Shown here piece after piece: positions 36,895 to 50,393 of a stretch of 63,860 nucleotides of DNA; position 1 is the first letter of the stretch, and every line of letters starts with the position of its first letter. Origin of the DNA: Octopus bimaculoides (taxonomy: Eukaryota). The stretch is from contig NC_068982.1 of NCBI RefSeq assembly GCF_001194135.2, positions 13,727,491 to 13,791,350 on the forward strand, read 5' to 3'. The notes below the pieces were generated by a model. That model had not been told where the DNA came from and did not search any database. It worked only from the letters and a program-made list of their open reading frames with translations. Made by a program: the position numbers and the translations under genes.

Positions 36895-37560
36895 GTTTCT
36901 TCACAGTGGAAAATTAAAGGTTCAACCTTACTTCAAAAATAACAGAATCTGCAGGCTATGCCTAACTGAGAGAAGGATTATGTTAAACAACTCTCTTCAG
37001 CTGGACACCTACTTAAACTGTAAGAGTGAAATTTTTCATTTATTCCCACACAAGAGAAAATACATGATCACTTAACTATGAACTCTTCTATGATTAAACA
37101 TGTTTGGACTTCCACCATTAAACTTTCCATTGTCACAGCTTGAGAGTCCAGAAAAATTTTGACTACACCAATCCATGCATGATTAAATACAAATATGAAT
37201 ATGCACCCACACATGAGTTCAGAGGTTAGAACACCCAATCAATTTTTTCTACACAAAATCCCAACACACATATTAACCCCATCCTACTTTTGCTGGCAAT
37301 CACCATTCATTTAGGCTTATTTTGGTATGTAAGGAGCATACCTGTTGAGCAATCCTTTTCCTTATTACCTCCTGCAGCTTCATTTTATCTTCTTCTCAGT
37401 ATGCACAAATTGGATGTGACACTTCCTCACCTCCAGTGACAGAGAGCAGTTGCTGTTTTTTCATATCAACCAACTCTGATGAGCACAGTTGTTAGATACA
37501 CATTTGATTATCTAATAGCTTATGTGAAACCAATTGGTAAGATCAACTGCAATGGATCAG
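36895..37560 (+). mobile_element. PLE 3' end: endonuclease C-terminus plus pLTR with hammerhead
   Basis: ICRLCLTERRIM...YLNCKSEIFHLFPHKRKYMI* matches the CxLCLxEK...LNxRSE...CxH C-terminal pattern of PLE GIY-YIG proteins; a same-strand hammerhead lies 400 bp downstream. Confidence 0.7.
37471..37550 (+). ncRNA. Hammerhead ribozyme motif (type I), core intact, palindromic stem III
   Basis: ct-CTGATGA-gca..agttgttagata/tatctaatagct..tgt-GAAAC-caattg-GTA-ag; stem III is the palindrome ACCAATTGGT. Confidence 0.8.
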
Positions 37561-37939
37561 TAAAGCCATTTACTTTGATTCAGACACCCACTCTATGGAT
37601 AGAAAGAGCCTATTTTTTTCTAACTTATGGATTCTCAGATGACTATATGTGTGTGTGTGCATATGTTTGCACATATGTGTATGTGTATCTACATGTGTTT
37701 GTGCATGTGTGCACATGTACATGCGTGTACATATGTGTATGTATACAAACACAAACACACACACACATATATATGTAAAGAAGCGGTTATTATTCATTTT
37801 CTTTCTTCAAAATGTAAGAGTGATTCTACAAGGGAGATTAACTATTAATACTTTCTGTTGTTGAAGGAAATTCTAGAATCCAGTTTTTAGGAAACTAATG
37901 ATAATCTCTTTTCCTTTAAAGGATACTATTAGAAATTCA

Positions 37940-38044
37940 AAATATCTAGGTAAAGTGTTTTTTAAATGCATATATGCAAGAATTATTTGATATATTTATG
38001 CATATGTGTGTGTGTGTGTGCATGCATTTGTGTATGTATATATG

Positions 38045-38082
<38 letters not shown>

Positions 38083-38450
38083 AGAGGGAAACATATATGT
38101 ATAAATAGATAGAAAGATACATAGACATACATATGTGTGTGTATAGCTCTATATCTGCATGGCTTTTAGTGCATTCCATGTAGTTTATATGTAGGTATGT
38201 ACATATATGTATGTCTATATGCATATATTTATATATTATACATATATATATATGTATATATTATACATATATATATATATGTATATATATATATATGTGT
38301 GTGTGTATGTATGTATTATGTATGTATGTGCGCATTTGGTTTGTTTGTACATGTCTATAATTGCCTTGTTATGCTCATGTTCATACATAGACATATATTA
38401 CAGTAGTATATGTGGAGATATAACGTACATGGGATATAATGCATATAAGC

Positions 38451-38538
<88 letters not shown>

Positions 38539-38540
38539 TG
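37940..38540. repeat. (TA)n/(TG)n microsatellite field
   Basis: Visible in sequence. Confidence 0.9.
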
Positions 38541-38882
38541 TATACATACTGTATGTAAATTCATTTGGTAGTTATTTTTACTATAGGATTACATTTTAAG
38601 TATACTTTCATATTCATGTGAAACTATCTGTATATGTATGTGAGCATGCATGTAATATCAATGTGTATATATATATAATATATGTGAACTTGTGTATTTA
38701 TGTCTGTGTATACTTATTAAAGAGATTTAATTCTTTGAAGTACAAAATCCATTAAAATAAACTTTAACATGAATTAAGTAATCTTGCTTGGTTTGACCGA
38801 CTTCAAAGAATCAAAATGCACTCCATTAATTCTATTTCATACAGAATTAGAATTTTTAAGCACCTCATACCCTTACACTTAA

Positions 38883-39855
38883 TCAGTACCATATAAGAAT
38901 AAATATATGGGATAAGGGTAAACTCTAGATATTAATTAAAATACTATGCATTCCTATTACATCGCTATCGGCTTCTCTATGAACAAAACTTCAAATGGAA
39001 TAAAATATTTTAAAAGTTTTACAAATTACAAAGAAATGTTATGCAGTTTTTTTCAAAACATATTTTATTGTCAACCACAATAAAATTTTTTCAAGAAAAA
39101 AAATAAAGCAATTTTAGTGGAAACATTCATGTTTCTAGAACATTCAGACTGTAAAGAATATGTTAATTAAATCAAAACAAAGAATTTCTTATATGTAACA
39201 AATTTACATTAAACGCCATTTATCTTCAAGCTGCCAAGATAAAAAAAAAAAAAAGGAAAAAAGCTCAGATAAATTTTACATCACTTCAGATTGTGAAAGA
39301 GGAAGAACGTTCTGTTGCAAAACACTTGTTCCATAACTGCGAGCCAAATATCTCAATTCTTCTAAATACCAAAGCTGGTAACTTTGCTTGATGAAAGAAG
39401 TAAAGAAATAGAATAAAGGAGAGAAGAATATCTGTAAGTTCTCTACATATTTACATAGAGAAGGTGAGAATGAGAGACAGACAGACAGACAGAGACAGAG
39501 AAATAGAAGAGTGTGTGTATACATGTGTAAGTATGTGTTTGTGTACATGTGATTTTATGTGTGTTTTCGGGGATGGGGTGGGGCTGGGAATAAAGTAAGC
39601 AATAAAGTTTTAATTTGAAGGAGCACAAATTAATGATAGATTAATGATAGATAATTAATGATAAACAATAAAAGATAGGTGTGTAAGAGGCAGTCTATGA
39701 AGTTTTCCTTAAAAGTGAGTTTCTCTCACATGTTTCATTTCATTTGAAGTTTTATTCATAGAGAAGCTGAAAGTTGCGTAATAGGAACAGTTAGTACTTT
39801 AATTGATATCTCAAGTTTACCCTTATCCCACATATTTATTCTTAAATGATACTGA
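38883..39855. mobile_element. Long-TIR (foldback/MITE-like) element or inverted repeat pair
   Basis: Arms 38883-39010 and 39728-39855 are diverged reverse complements with cagtaYcat termini; no clear TSD. Confidence 0.65.
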
Positions 39856-40109
39856 GTGAAAGTTATATGTGCTTCTTTAAAGTTTTTCTAACACCAATTA
39901 CAGCTAACTTTATAGATGAGAAAAACATCCTACTTATTTGAACGTCTATACTGTTGACTGTCTGCCTAACATCATTGGATTTAGAATGACACGAGAAAAA
40001 ACCATCACTGTAGAGAAAGTAATTTTAATTGTGAATTACTGCATAGATTTTTATTCTACGTGATGTCGTCGTTGTTATTGCTTAGCTTATGAATTGGTAA
40101 AATCATTAG

Positions 40110-40260
40110 AGAGATGTCCAAAATATTGGTGGCATTTAGAAATGGCTCTTTACATTCTGAGTTCAAATCCCACAGAGATCGGCCTTACCTTTTATGCTTC
40201 CAAGCAAGGGCAATAAAGTAGAGTAGCAATCAAGTAATGGTGTTGATTTAATATTGTCAT
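40110..40260 (+). mobile_element. SINE B, degenerate
   Basis: acattctgagttcaaatcccacagag...ccttaccttttatgcttcc. Confidence 0.55.
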
Positions 40261-40539
40261 AAAGCATCCTAGATGTGAATGGAAGTATAATATAAGATGA
40301 AGGCTAGCCCCAGGTCAACGTTGATCAGGTAGACATATATCGAAATGAATTTCAACTATGACTACCTTGTAATTCCATCTCAAGGATTTGGTAATTAAAT
40401 GTCATTTCCTATTTTTAAGATGAAAGCCTGCAATTTGAGAGAAATTTTTCTGCTATTTCCTGCAGATCAAAAACACACATTGAGGCTCTTTCTGTGGTAC
40501 ATATTCTACTTGTAATGGTTTCCACTTCTTTTTAATTGT

Positions 40540-40910
40540 CACTCGTTTCAGTCATTGGACTGTGACCATGCTGGGGCAGTATCATGAAGGGTTTTGTTGA
40601 TCATATCAACTCTGATATCTATTTTAAATCTGGCATATATTTCATCAATCTCTTCTTGCCAGACTACTAAATCATAGGGATGTTAACAAACCAGCACTAG
40701 TTATCAAGGAGTAAGACACAAAGACAAACAGATGGATCACACAGGCATTGCTGTGCAGTTATGAAGTTTGCTTCCCATGCAAGTGATTTTGGGTTCATTC
40801 CCATTGTGTGGCACCGTGTGCAAGTGTCTTCTAATATAACCTCAAGTCTACCAATGCCTTGTGAGTGGATGTGGTTGATAGAAACTTAAAGAAGCCCATC
40901 ATATGTGTGT
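40540..40910. mobile_element. Two old SINE A halves in opposite orientation (3' half minus, 5' half plus)
   Basis: gtttcagtcattggactg at 40546; head gctgtgcag...gggttcattccc at 40750-40800. Confidence 0.65.
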
Positions 40911-42169
40911 GNNNNNNNNNNNNNNNNNNNNNNNNNNNNNNNNNNNNNNNNNNNNNNNNNNNNNNNNNNNNNNNNNNNNNNNNNNNNNNNNNNNNNNNNN
41001 NNNNNNNNNNNAGGAGGAGGAGGAGGAGGAGGAGGTGGTATTGATGTTGTTTTTATTTTAAAAAGAGGAAAAGTACTTTTCCAAACTCGCAAACCATTCA
41101 TCTGTAAAATGAGAGTGGACTTTATTTTTTGTTTAAGCTCAGCACGTTATGCAAAGTAAGGCTAAGTTGTCTGTTTTAGAACACAGGACAATGCTTCTAA
41201 AAGATGTAAAATAAATATTGCAAAAATGTTCGCCAAATGTAATATCGTATATTAAATATTTTATTGACAGAAGCTACAACTTGCATGGGGCTTCTTATAT
41301 GAGATGTGTCTGTCATGAAAACTTCTGAAAATAGTTCATGACACGTAAGTTTGTCAGACGATATGGTCTAAAATGAAGTTTCTTATAGCTTATAGCATCA
41401 TTCTTAAAGGGAAAATAGAACATTATATGACAGAAATGTTAATGTAATAACTGTAAAATTTATGAACTCTTTTCTGCAGGACACAGGAGAAAATATGTAA
41501 CAGAGCAATATAACACTATGACCTCAAAAAAAATCAATCACATCAATCACAATTATCTCATACAAATTGAAGTATAATTTCTTGTCTCTTCATAGCGCTA
41601 ATATCCAGTCATTTTCACCCTGACATTAAATACTCAATAAATATCATTTTTCATTCATTTCTCTTTCAATAGACTATGACAAACATTCTTTACGAATGAA
41701 AGAATCATGCCACAAAGATTCAAGAGAGAAACACAACATGGCAACGGAAATACAACAAATATCACAGAATCAGAAATAGAACAAGCATTTCTGAAGAAAG
41801 ACATTATTGCAAATAGGGTACAATAAACATCAAAACACTCTTGAATTGACTGAAAGTGTAAGTAAAGACAACAGGAAAACACTTTATCATAAGAACATGT
41901 CATACATGTTTTCAAGAATCAGCATCAATTATATAGTTTTCAATTACTTCATCAAAATATTCTTTGCGTTCATTCTATTTATGTTCTTAGAGTTGCATGG
42001 CATAGCTTTATGGTTATGGAGTTAGTTCTGCAAACCATGTAGTTCCATGCTTGGTCTCAGAGCACAGTACCTTGTGCAACATTTTTCTACCATGGGTTTT
42101 AAGTTGACACCAATGTTTAGTGACTGAACATTGGTAGATGGAAGCAATATAGATACTATCATCTATCTA

Positions 42170-42350
42170 TCTTGGGAGAATTCACAAAAAAACAACAGAC
42201 AAAGACAGGTGGTGTAGAAAACAAACAAATGTATTAATATAACACTCGGGAATTGAAAAAGTCTTTAACGTTTTGAGCCTTCGCTCTTCCACAGAAAGGA
42301 ACACATAAAGAAACAAGGGGACAAGGAGAGAAAAAATTGTGTGTGGTGGT
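42170..42350 (-). mobile_element. Probable PLE pLTR fragment with variant hammerhead
   Basis: Contains the motif at 42263-42298; class inferred. Confidence 0.45.
42263..42298 (-). ncRNA. Degenerate/variant minimal hammerhead motif
   Basis: Minus strand: cttt-CTGTGGA-a-gagc gaag gctc-AAAAC-GTT-aaag; U at position 6, G12>A. Confidence 0.5.
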
Positions 42351-42778
42351 CAGCGATCTATCTATCTATCTATCTATCTATATAGTTATCTACCTATCTA
42401 TCTATCTATCTATCTTTTTGCCATTACAGGTAAAAAGAGTCACTTACTGTAATGTGTTTTTCTGCATGACATTATTGGCCAAGGTTACTGTGGACTTTTC
42501 CATAGGCTTTTCTTCCCATGGATAAACATAATCTGTTTCCCCCTTTACACTTTACATCATGACATTTCTGTGATACACGATCCCTATAGATCGTTTTTTT
42601 TTTTTACGATCGATTTTGATGGAAAATGTACCGCCCTTTTTTTTCTCATTTTTTTCCTTCCTTCTCCTCCCCAAAAAGAAAAGCTCTACTTTGTAACTTG
42701 TCCCCTCTGTGTTCAGCCCTGTGTGGCTAATAAAGAAACATATCTCACTATCTATTTCTCTCTCTCTCTCTCTCTCTC

Positions 42779-42853
<75 letters not shown>

Positions 42854-42861
42854 CATTATCA

Positions 42862-43280
42862 TTTATTTCTATCTTTTCCATGTTTCAGTCATTAGACAGT
42901 GGCCATGCTGGGGCACTGCCTTGAAGAATTCTTAGTTGAATGAATCGACCCCAGTTCTTATTATTTTTAACCCTGGTACTTATTCTATTGGTCTTTTTTG
43001 CTAAACCACTAAGTTACAGGGATGTAAACAGACCGACACTGATTGTCAAGCAGTGCTGGCAAGGTGGGAGACAAGCACAGACACAAAATGCATGCGTGCA
43101 CACACACACACACACACACATGCGCACATTCAACGACAGGCTTCATTCAGTTTCCCCTTACCAAATCGACCCACAAGTCTTTGGTTGCCCTGAGAATATA
43201 GCAGAAAACACTCGACAAGCAGTGGCACCAAAACTAGAATCATGTGCTACTGAATCAAAATTCTTACTTCACAACCACTG
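42862..43280 (-). mobile_element. SINE A
   Basis: Family A sequence, diverged. Confidence 0.8.
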
Positions 43281-44004
43281 TGATGTTGTTTAAATTATGC
43301 AACACGTTTCCATAGCATTGTTATTTATTTGTTCATTTATGTGTTACATTACATGATTACATAATCAGACTATATTATCAGGCATTTTAGACAGTTGACA
43401 GTTAAAAAAATGACTAGCAAAAATTTCACTTCAAAGTTAATTTTATCTACAAACTGAAAAAATGATCTGATAATATAATTATGTAATGTAACACATTAAT
43501 GAGCAAATAAATAAGCAGATTATGGAAACATAAGTAGCATGATTTAAATAACAACGCTATTCATATTCTTTTATTATATTTTCCACCATATTAAGTGTAC
43601 TGTGTTTGTTGTTAAGTATGATGGAATTAATGAGTACTTAATATCATAATTTAAGTAGTTAATAATGCACTGCCTCTTCTGTTGACTGTTTGATAGGCAA
43701 TGTATATCATCAGTGTTCCTCCTGAGTATTCTGTTAGCCAAATACACACTTGAGTCACCTGAGTTAATTGCCAGGACCATTTAGATCTCCACTACATGGT
43801 ATATATGTGTGTGTGTATATATGTATGTATATGTGTCTATGTATATATACACATGTTCTCACTTTTAAATTTACCCCTACAGATTTTATATAGAATTCAG
43901 TGTTAGCACTGAAAGTTATGACCATTTGTATACAAATGTTTATGCAAACAATGTGATCGAAGTTAGGGTAATGAGTGTATATACACATTTCAAGAGTTAT
44001 TGCT

Positions 44005-44512
44005 TGACACAAAGCCCTGCTTGTGAAGACCTGTTGAGGCAAGTGAAATTGAAATCGAAATTGAACCAAATTCAATGACTGGCACCTGTGCCAGTGGAGC
44101 GCTAACAGTACCAACCAAGCGGGATCACTGCCAGAGCAGTGGTCTCACTTCCATGCCAGTGGCACGTAAGAAGCACCATTTGAGCGCAATCGTTTCCAGC
44201 TTTGCCTTACTGGCACTTGTGCTGGTGTCATGTGAGCAAAAACACTGGACTGGCTCCTGTGCAGGTGGCATGTAAAAAACACCATTTGAACATGGCCATT
44301 GCCAGTACCGCTGGACTGGCCCTCGTGCCGGTGGCACGTAAAAGCATCCACTACACTCTCAGAGTGGTTGGCATTAGGAAGGGCATCCAGCTGTAGAAAC
44401 TCTGCCAGATCAGATTGGAGCCTGGTGTAGCCATCTGGTTCACCAGTCCTCAGTCAAATCGTCCAACCCATGCTAGCATGGAAAGTGGACGTTAAACGAT
44501 GATGATGATGAT
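44005..44512 (+). mobile_element. Family C, near full length
   Basis: Internal repeats of gccrgtggcacgtaaaaagcacc, then ggttggcattaggaagggcatccagctg, the palindrome and a (GAT)n tail. Confidence 0.88.
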
Positions 44513-44537
44513 ATGTATGTATATATGTATATATGTA

Positions 44538-44895
44538 TCAGTTACTCCTGTGCTCTTAAGCACATTGGGAAGCAAGTTGATGCCACTGGTTTCTGTTGGC
44601 TGTGGTTTGCTCTGCATCCTACCATGTGATATTGGCCTCTCTTTGTTGGTTACAAATGTTCTGTACCTTACAGCTCTCATCCTTCCTCTCTTTCCTTTTC
44701 ACTCCCAGGGTATCCATTTGAAAGCTGCTTTAGAATGATGTTGTTCTGGTAACCAGCATCAATGCCCTACTCGTTTTCATCTTAGTTCTGAAATGATTTC
44801 CCTGGGTGGTCTTGTGTTGGCTCTCTTTAGAGCATCTTCATCGGTTACTTGGGTCTTGCCAATACATTCCCAGGATCCTTCTTGCTGCTTTTACC
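44538..44895 (-). mobile_element. RTE-clade LINE 3' ORF fragment
   Basis: Minus strand: RRILGMYWQD-QVTDEDALKRAN...GH...KAAFKWIP...KGKRGR...NRNQWHQL, a typical RTE C-terminus. Confidence 0.75.
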
Positions 44896-45038
44896 TTTTC
44901 AAATAGTTTCTAATTTAGACACAAGGTAACAATCTGAGGGATGTGGCTAGCCATTAAAATCGACCCTCTACTTGACTAGCACTTTATATTACTGATACTT
45001 GTGAATGGATTTTGTAGATGGAAACTGAAAGAAGCCAG

Positions 45039-45075
<37 letters not shown>

Positions 45076-45589
45076 TTTCTATGAATTATTGTCCCCTTGT
45101 CTTGATATAACATGAGGAGGAGGTGGAGGAAGAGGAGGAGGAGGGGAGGAANNNNNNNNNNNNNNNNNNNNNNNNNNNNNNNNNNNNNNNNNNNNNNNNN
45201 NNNNNNNNNNNNNNNNNNNNNNNNNNNNNNNNNNNNNNNNNNNNNNNNNNNNNNNNNNNNNNNNNNNNNNNNNNNNNNNNNNNNNNNNNNNNNNNNNNNN
45301 NNNNNNNNNNNNNNNNNNNNNNNNNNNNNNNNNNNNNNNNNNNNNNNNNNNNNNNNNNNNNNNNNNNNNNNNNNNNNNNNNNNNNNNNNNNNNGAGGAGG
45401 AGGAGGAGGAGGAAGAGGAGGGGGGCAATTCTGGACAGAGGAAAAGCAAAGCTGATCTCAGAGGGGTTTGAACTCAGGATGTAGCACCCAGAATAAATGC
45501 GGCAAAGTATTTTCTCCATTACTCCAATGACTCTGCAGATCCCCTTCTCCTTTTCCACAGACCGACCCCTTCCCCTTATTTCGTATTGG

Positions 45590-45810
45590 TCTCAAACTTT
45601 GGCAACAAGGCCAGAAAATTGGTTGGGGGTGTGCACGGGCTAAGTTGAATAACATCGACCACAGCGCTCAACTGGTACTTATTTTATCAACCCTGAATGG
45701 ATAAAAGGTAAAGTCGACCTCAGCAGAATTTGAACTTAGAGCCTGAAGACAGATGAAATGTCAGTAAGAATTTTGCCTGGCATGCTTACGATTCTACCAG
45801 CTTGCCACCT
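45590..45810 (-). mobile_element. SINE B (tail 2)
   Basis: Family B core and head; an extra head fragment lies at about 45455-45530. Confidence 0.82.
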
Positions 45811-46256
45811 TTCTCTTCTTATCGAACATATCATTTCTGTTTGGTTTACTTACAGACTTTAAGCATTAACAAACAATGGTAGATTGTTAACAGTTAATAC
45901 TGTTCTCTTTCTGACAAAATTTATAAATTATTCACTTTTGTTTTTGAAGTGGAATAAATTTTGCAAATTTAGACATTTAAGAATTGTTAAAGTAATTGTT
46001 TTTACAGCTGAATGGGTTTTTTTTACTCTAATGGTTACATAATGGTTTATCAGAAATGTCAGGAAAACTGGTTTTAGTAATAAGATTCAAAGTAAAGAAC
46101 CTGTATCAAGCAGTCTTAACTATATGACCCAGAGAAAATATCTCAGGGACATGTTCTGCATGCAAATATGAATAGCATTTGTATTTGTTTAACATTTCTC
46201 CATTTTTTTTCCTGTCCATGTTTTCGTATACATTTGCTGCTTTTTCCAAGGAATCT

Positions 46257-46470
46257 AGTGCTCTTAGCTTAGATTTTCCTCGGGGTTGACCAGATTGGAG
46301 AAGTCTTGAGTATAACCAGCAGAAACTGCAAGGATGATCTGGAACTAGACTGAAGAAAGAAATCTCCGAATGACCCGTCCTTCTTTTTCTTGTCCCTTTT
46401 TGTATCATCTAACTGTCTTGATGCATTGTTGTAGCCTGTTGAGTTCTTGTCCCATTTTTTGTATTCTTTT
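46257..46470 (+). repeat. Repeat family F, copy 2
   Basis: gctcttagcttaga...gactgaagaaagaaa shared with 59336-59555. Confidence 0.7.
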
Positions 46471-46472
46471 AA

Positions 46473-46521
<49 letters not shown>

Positions 46522-46548
46522 CAGGGTAACAGTTATTAAAAAAATGAT

Positions 46549-46800
46549 AGGTGCAAGAGTGGTTGTATAGTAAGTAGCTTGCTTACCAACTACATGGTTC
46601 TGGGTTCATTCCCACTGCGTGGCACCTTAGGCAAGTGTCTTCTACTATAGCCTCGGGCCGGTCAAAGCCTTGTGAGTGGATTTGGCAGACAGAAACTGAA
46701 AGAAGCCCGTCGTATGTATGTATGTATATATATATGTGTGTGTGTATATGTGTGTGTGTGTTTGTGTTTGTCCCCCCAACATTGCTTAACAACCGATGCT
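46549..46800 (+). mobile_element. SINE A, 5' two-thirds
   Basis: Head, CORE-like segment and microsatellite present; truncated shortly after. Confidence 0.85.
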
Positions 46801-47700
46801 TTACAGGTGTTTTTCATATGGCTAAGAATTGGCACTAAAAATGAATCCTGATCTATGCCAAAAAGTGAATGAAAACTTTAGATAAAATTGATCACATCTG
46901 CAGATCATTGTTGGTAGATTCTAGAATTAAAACAAGGCATTGAAAAGAAGTTGAAAAGAATTTTGTGATGACAAAAACTCCATTTAACAAAAGTGTGGAT
47001 ATTTCTTTTGCTGCAATCCTCAACAGAAATAAACATAACATTATTAGCTGTGCAAATATATATTTGTTTCCAAATGATTATAAAAATGAATGATTCAATC
47101 AATCAATCGTACCTATTGTAATCCTAAACACAACTTAGCCTAATATTGTTGAACAAACACAAGTTAAACTGGGTCAGTGTTTCAGATTGAAATATATCTT
47201 AACAGCAATTGTTAAGTCGTTCTATTCAATTTACCGAAAAGTTGTTGATAAAAATCTTTTCTATGAAGAAAGAATAAACAAAGTTACTGCATAAGTTACA
47301 GTGAAACTGCAGTATTAATGATGGAGAACCATCACTTGTTATGGCACCACACACACACACACAGACTGAGATTATATTTTACCTGAAATCACGGACAAGC
47401 TTTCCTATTTAACTCATAAAATCAATACTTATACTGTAGCTGTTCATAATAGAACAGTAAGTAGTGTTACAAGGAATTTAGAAAGCTTTTGTTTTTGTTA
47501 ATTATTTAGTATTTTTTTTATTTCTCTTTATGAAAGACAGTTGTAGATGTTAAAGGTTAGACACAAATACTGAGGTACATTAAATCATGGTTTGCAAAGT
47601 TCATGAAATCAAGTAGAAGACCTACAAACAGCTACAAGGCCTAAAAAATATAGTATTTTCTAGAATCATAAAGACTATCATAAACCATGTTCATGAAACA

Positions 47701-48157
47701 ATTAGGTTGGAAAGCAAGTCTTGTTGAATTTTTAACACTTTCATTTTGGAAGTATTTTTTCAATATTTATGGTAAAATAAACATTAATGTTTTTTTTTTT
47801 TGTCTTTCTTCACAGGTTACTTTCTATCATTGTAGCTAAATTCATATCGATTTTACTCTTCTAAAATTAGTTTACATGAGACCTATATCGGATACAGTAT
47901 GCTGTGTGAATTCAAAATGTGCTCTTCAGCAATCGAAGCAGGAAGAAACATTCATTCTGTCTATGATAATGAAGCTTTGAGAGTCTGGACATGCTAACAA
48001 TGGTTTGCTCAGTTTTGCTCAGGAATTTTTCTACTCCAGATTCCCATCAATCTGAATAACAAAGTTCAGCCAATATCGAGCTTCTGAAAACCTTATTTGG
48101 TGAAAATCCCAAGCAAGCTGGATGAGAATTAAGAAAACAATTCAATTCAAGTCAGAC
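47701..48157 (+). mobile_element. mariner 5' remnant
   Basis: attaggttgg TIR start; YSMLCEFKMCSSAIEAGRNIHSVYDNEAL...WFAQFCSG HTH; broken by a SINE A half. Confidence 0.75.
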
Positions 48158-48398
48158 TTGTGTGTGTGTGTGTGTTTGTGTGTGCGTGTGTATTTGTTTA
48201 TCTGTGTTTGTCACCCCACCATTGCTTGACAATCGATGTTTGTATGTTTATGTCCCCGTAACTTAGTGGTTCGGCAAAAGAGACCAATAGAATAAGTACT
48301 AGGCTTACAATGAATAAGCCCTGGAGTTGGTATGTTCTACTAAAGGTGGTGCTCCAGCATGGCTGCAGTCAAATGACTGAAACAAGTAAAAGAATAAT
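48158..48398 (+). mobile_element. SINE A, 3' half starting at the internal (TG)n
   Basis: Family A tail intact. Confidence 0.88.
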
Positions 48399-50393
48399 AA
48401 CAAGGGGAAATATTATCTTGATTAGATATATTACTTAAGACCAAAGGAATATTGTTTCTTTCCCATCTGGAAATGCTACAGTGATTTCTTCTCAACCTAA
48501 TTCTTAGAAATTTGAATTGTTGGTCATAAAACCATCATTATTTAATGTCCACCTTTCTATGCTTGCATTGGTCAGATGAAATTTGTTGAGGAGATTCTCT
48601 ACAGCCAGATGCCCTAGAATTTTATAAAAATACACTGAAGCTGCTAATTGATTTGCAGCCAAAATAGAAATGGGAAATACTTGTTGTGGGCTTATCAAAA
48701 TTCATTTAAAGGATTCGAAGTTTGTAACAACTAAAACAAACAGTTATGAGAACAACAGGAAGAAAGAAATTTGTGAAGAATCTTTTGAGAATTAATACAT
48801 ATGAGAGTCAACGACTATTGAAGAGGTTGCAAGACACAACAAAAATTTTAGTAAAAATAAATAAGTAAATGAGAGGAAATCAGACCAGTGTGTGTGTTAA
48901 ATTAATAAGGCATTAAAAGAGAATGACTCTCCCCAGACACAATAAAATATGCTTCAACACACAAATTCACATAAAAAATCTTGCAAACCAAACATAAAAA
49001 CGAAGTATATGTGTAATGCTTTTACACTAGTATTGCTTATATATCACTAGTGTTGCTTATATAATGAACAATGTACATCAGCAGCTCAGTTAAAAATTAT
49101 ATTTTATATGTTAGGAAAGTATAACTATATCATATATATATACCCAGGCCTATTCCTCATTTTTTTTGTTTTGTTTTTGAGGTGTGGCTCGCCACAGCAA
49201 GATACACGCCAGGCATTCCAGTTATTTCCCAGCTCAAAGGAGTGAGCCCTGTTCTATGCTCAGGTCAAGGCATGGAATGCAACCCCCAATATCAGCAGCG
49301 GGGCCTGACAGCCTATACTAGTTTATCCCCGCAAATAAGTATATCATAAGAATGGAATTTGTAGAAATTTCCTTAATATTCATTTTTTTTTTTATAGGAA
49401 AGTAATAAATCATAATGAATCATTGCTTAAAGAGTTCTAACTGATTTATGATAAATTAACATCATCCAAATACATGTTATTTTTATGTATAATTATAAAA
49501 CTGAACATGAAGTCAAGACAGTTTTATGAATGCTACTGAGATTTGTTAAACACCTCTAAATGCTGATGTGAGGAAATCACGGTATCTCCATTTAAATGTT
49601 TCAGCTGGCTATGGAGTTATTCTGGTGACCACAATACTTAGAATTGAATAGCTTCCAAAATCTTTTTAGCACTACTTTTCTCAATACTAAAAAGAAGAAT
49701 GGCCAAATCATGGCAGACAACATTCTGACTCAGAACCACAAGGCATGGCAACTAATAATGATATTTATTTTCTTTGCTGCACTATACACTGATTAAGTAT
49801 AAAATAGAAATTCAAAAAAAAAAAAAAGAAAGAAAAGAAAAAAGTAAAAAACTGAAAGAAACGGAAAGAAAGAGAAATGTAGCTTAAGAGGTGTAGCAAA
49901 ATTTGTGCCAAAAACATAATTATTCCTAATTTGAAATGCAATGTAATGTTGAATTGTAAGAAATGTAATGTAATGTAAGATTTTTTTAATAAACATATAA
50001 TTTTAGCTCTGCTGAGAAAAATAAACAAAGCAGTATAAATTAAGTAATTAATCATATTTGGCAATAATGAATTTTTTTTTTTTAAATGTTCATTTTTTTT
50101 TTTAAGCTATAGAACTTAACTGGATATGAAAACCAAGAATAAGTGAATGCATACGATGGTATTGATGTTAAACCTGAGGATAGCCTATGACCAAAAGATT
50201 TCCAGCCATGAGCCATCCCATTTCTTTTAAAGCGATATGCATCCAGAACCAATGTGTCCTCTCCCTTCAAAGATGTTAGATTATGATATGAAGGAGAATA
50301 CATTGTTGTTCCTAGAAGGTAGAGTGACTGAGCTGAGGCTCACACATTGGCTATTGAAGTGACAACAATTTTTAAAATAAATTTCAGATTATT

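Noticed and set aside
41680-41900. Possible LINE ORF1 fragment (ITESEIEQAFLKK...)
   Set aside because: The resemblance is too short to support a call.
49150-49330. GC-richer island in AT-rich surroundings (a similar one at 34510-34630)
   Set aside because: No ORF, structure or second copy is visible; left unassigned.
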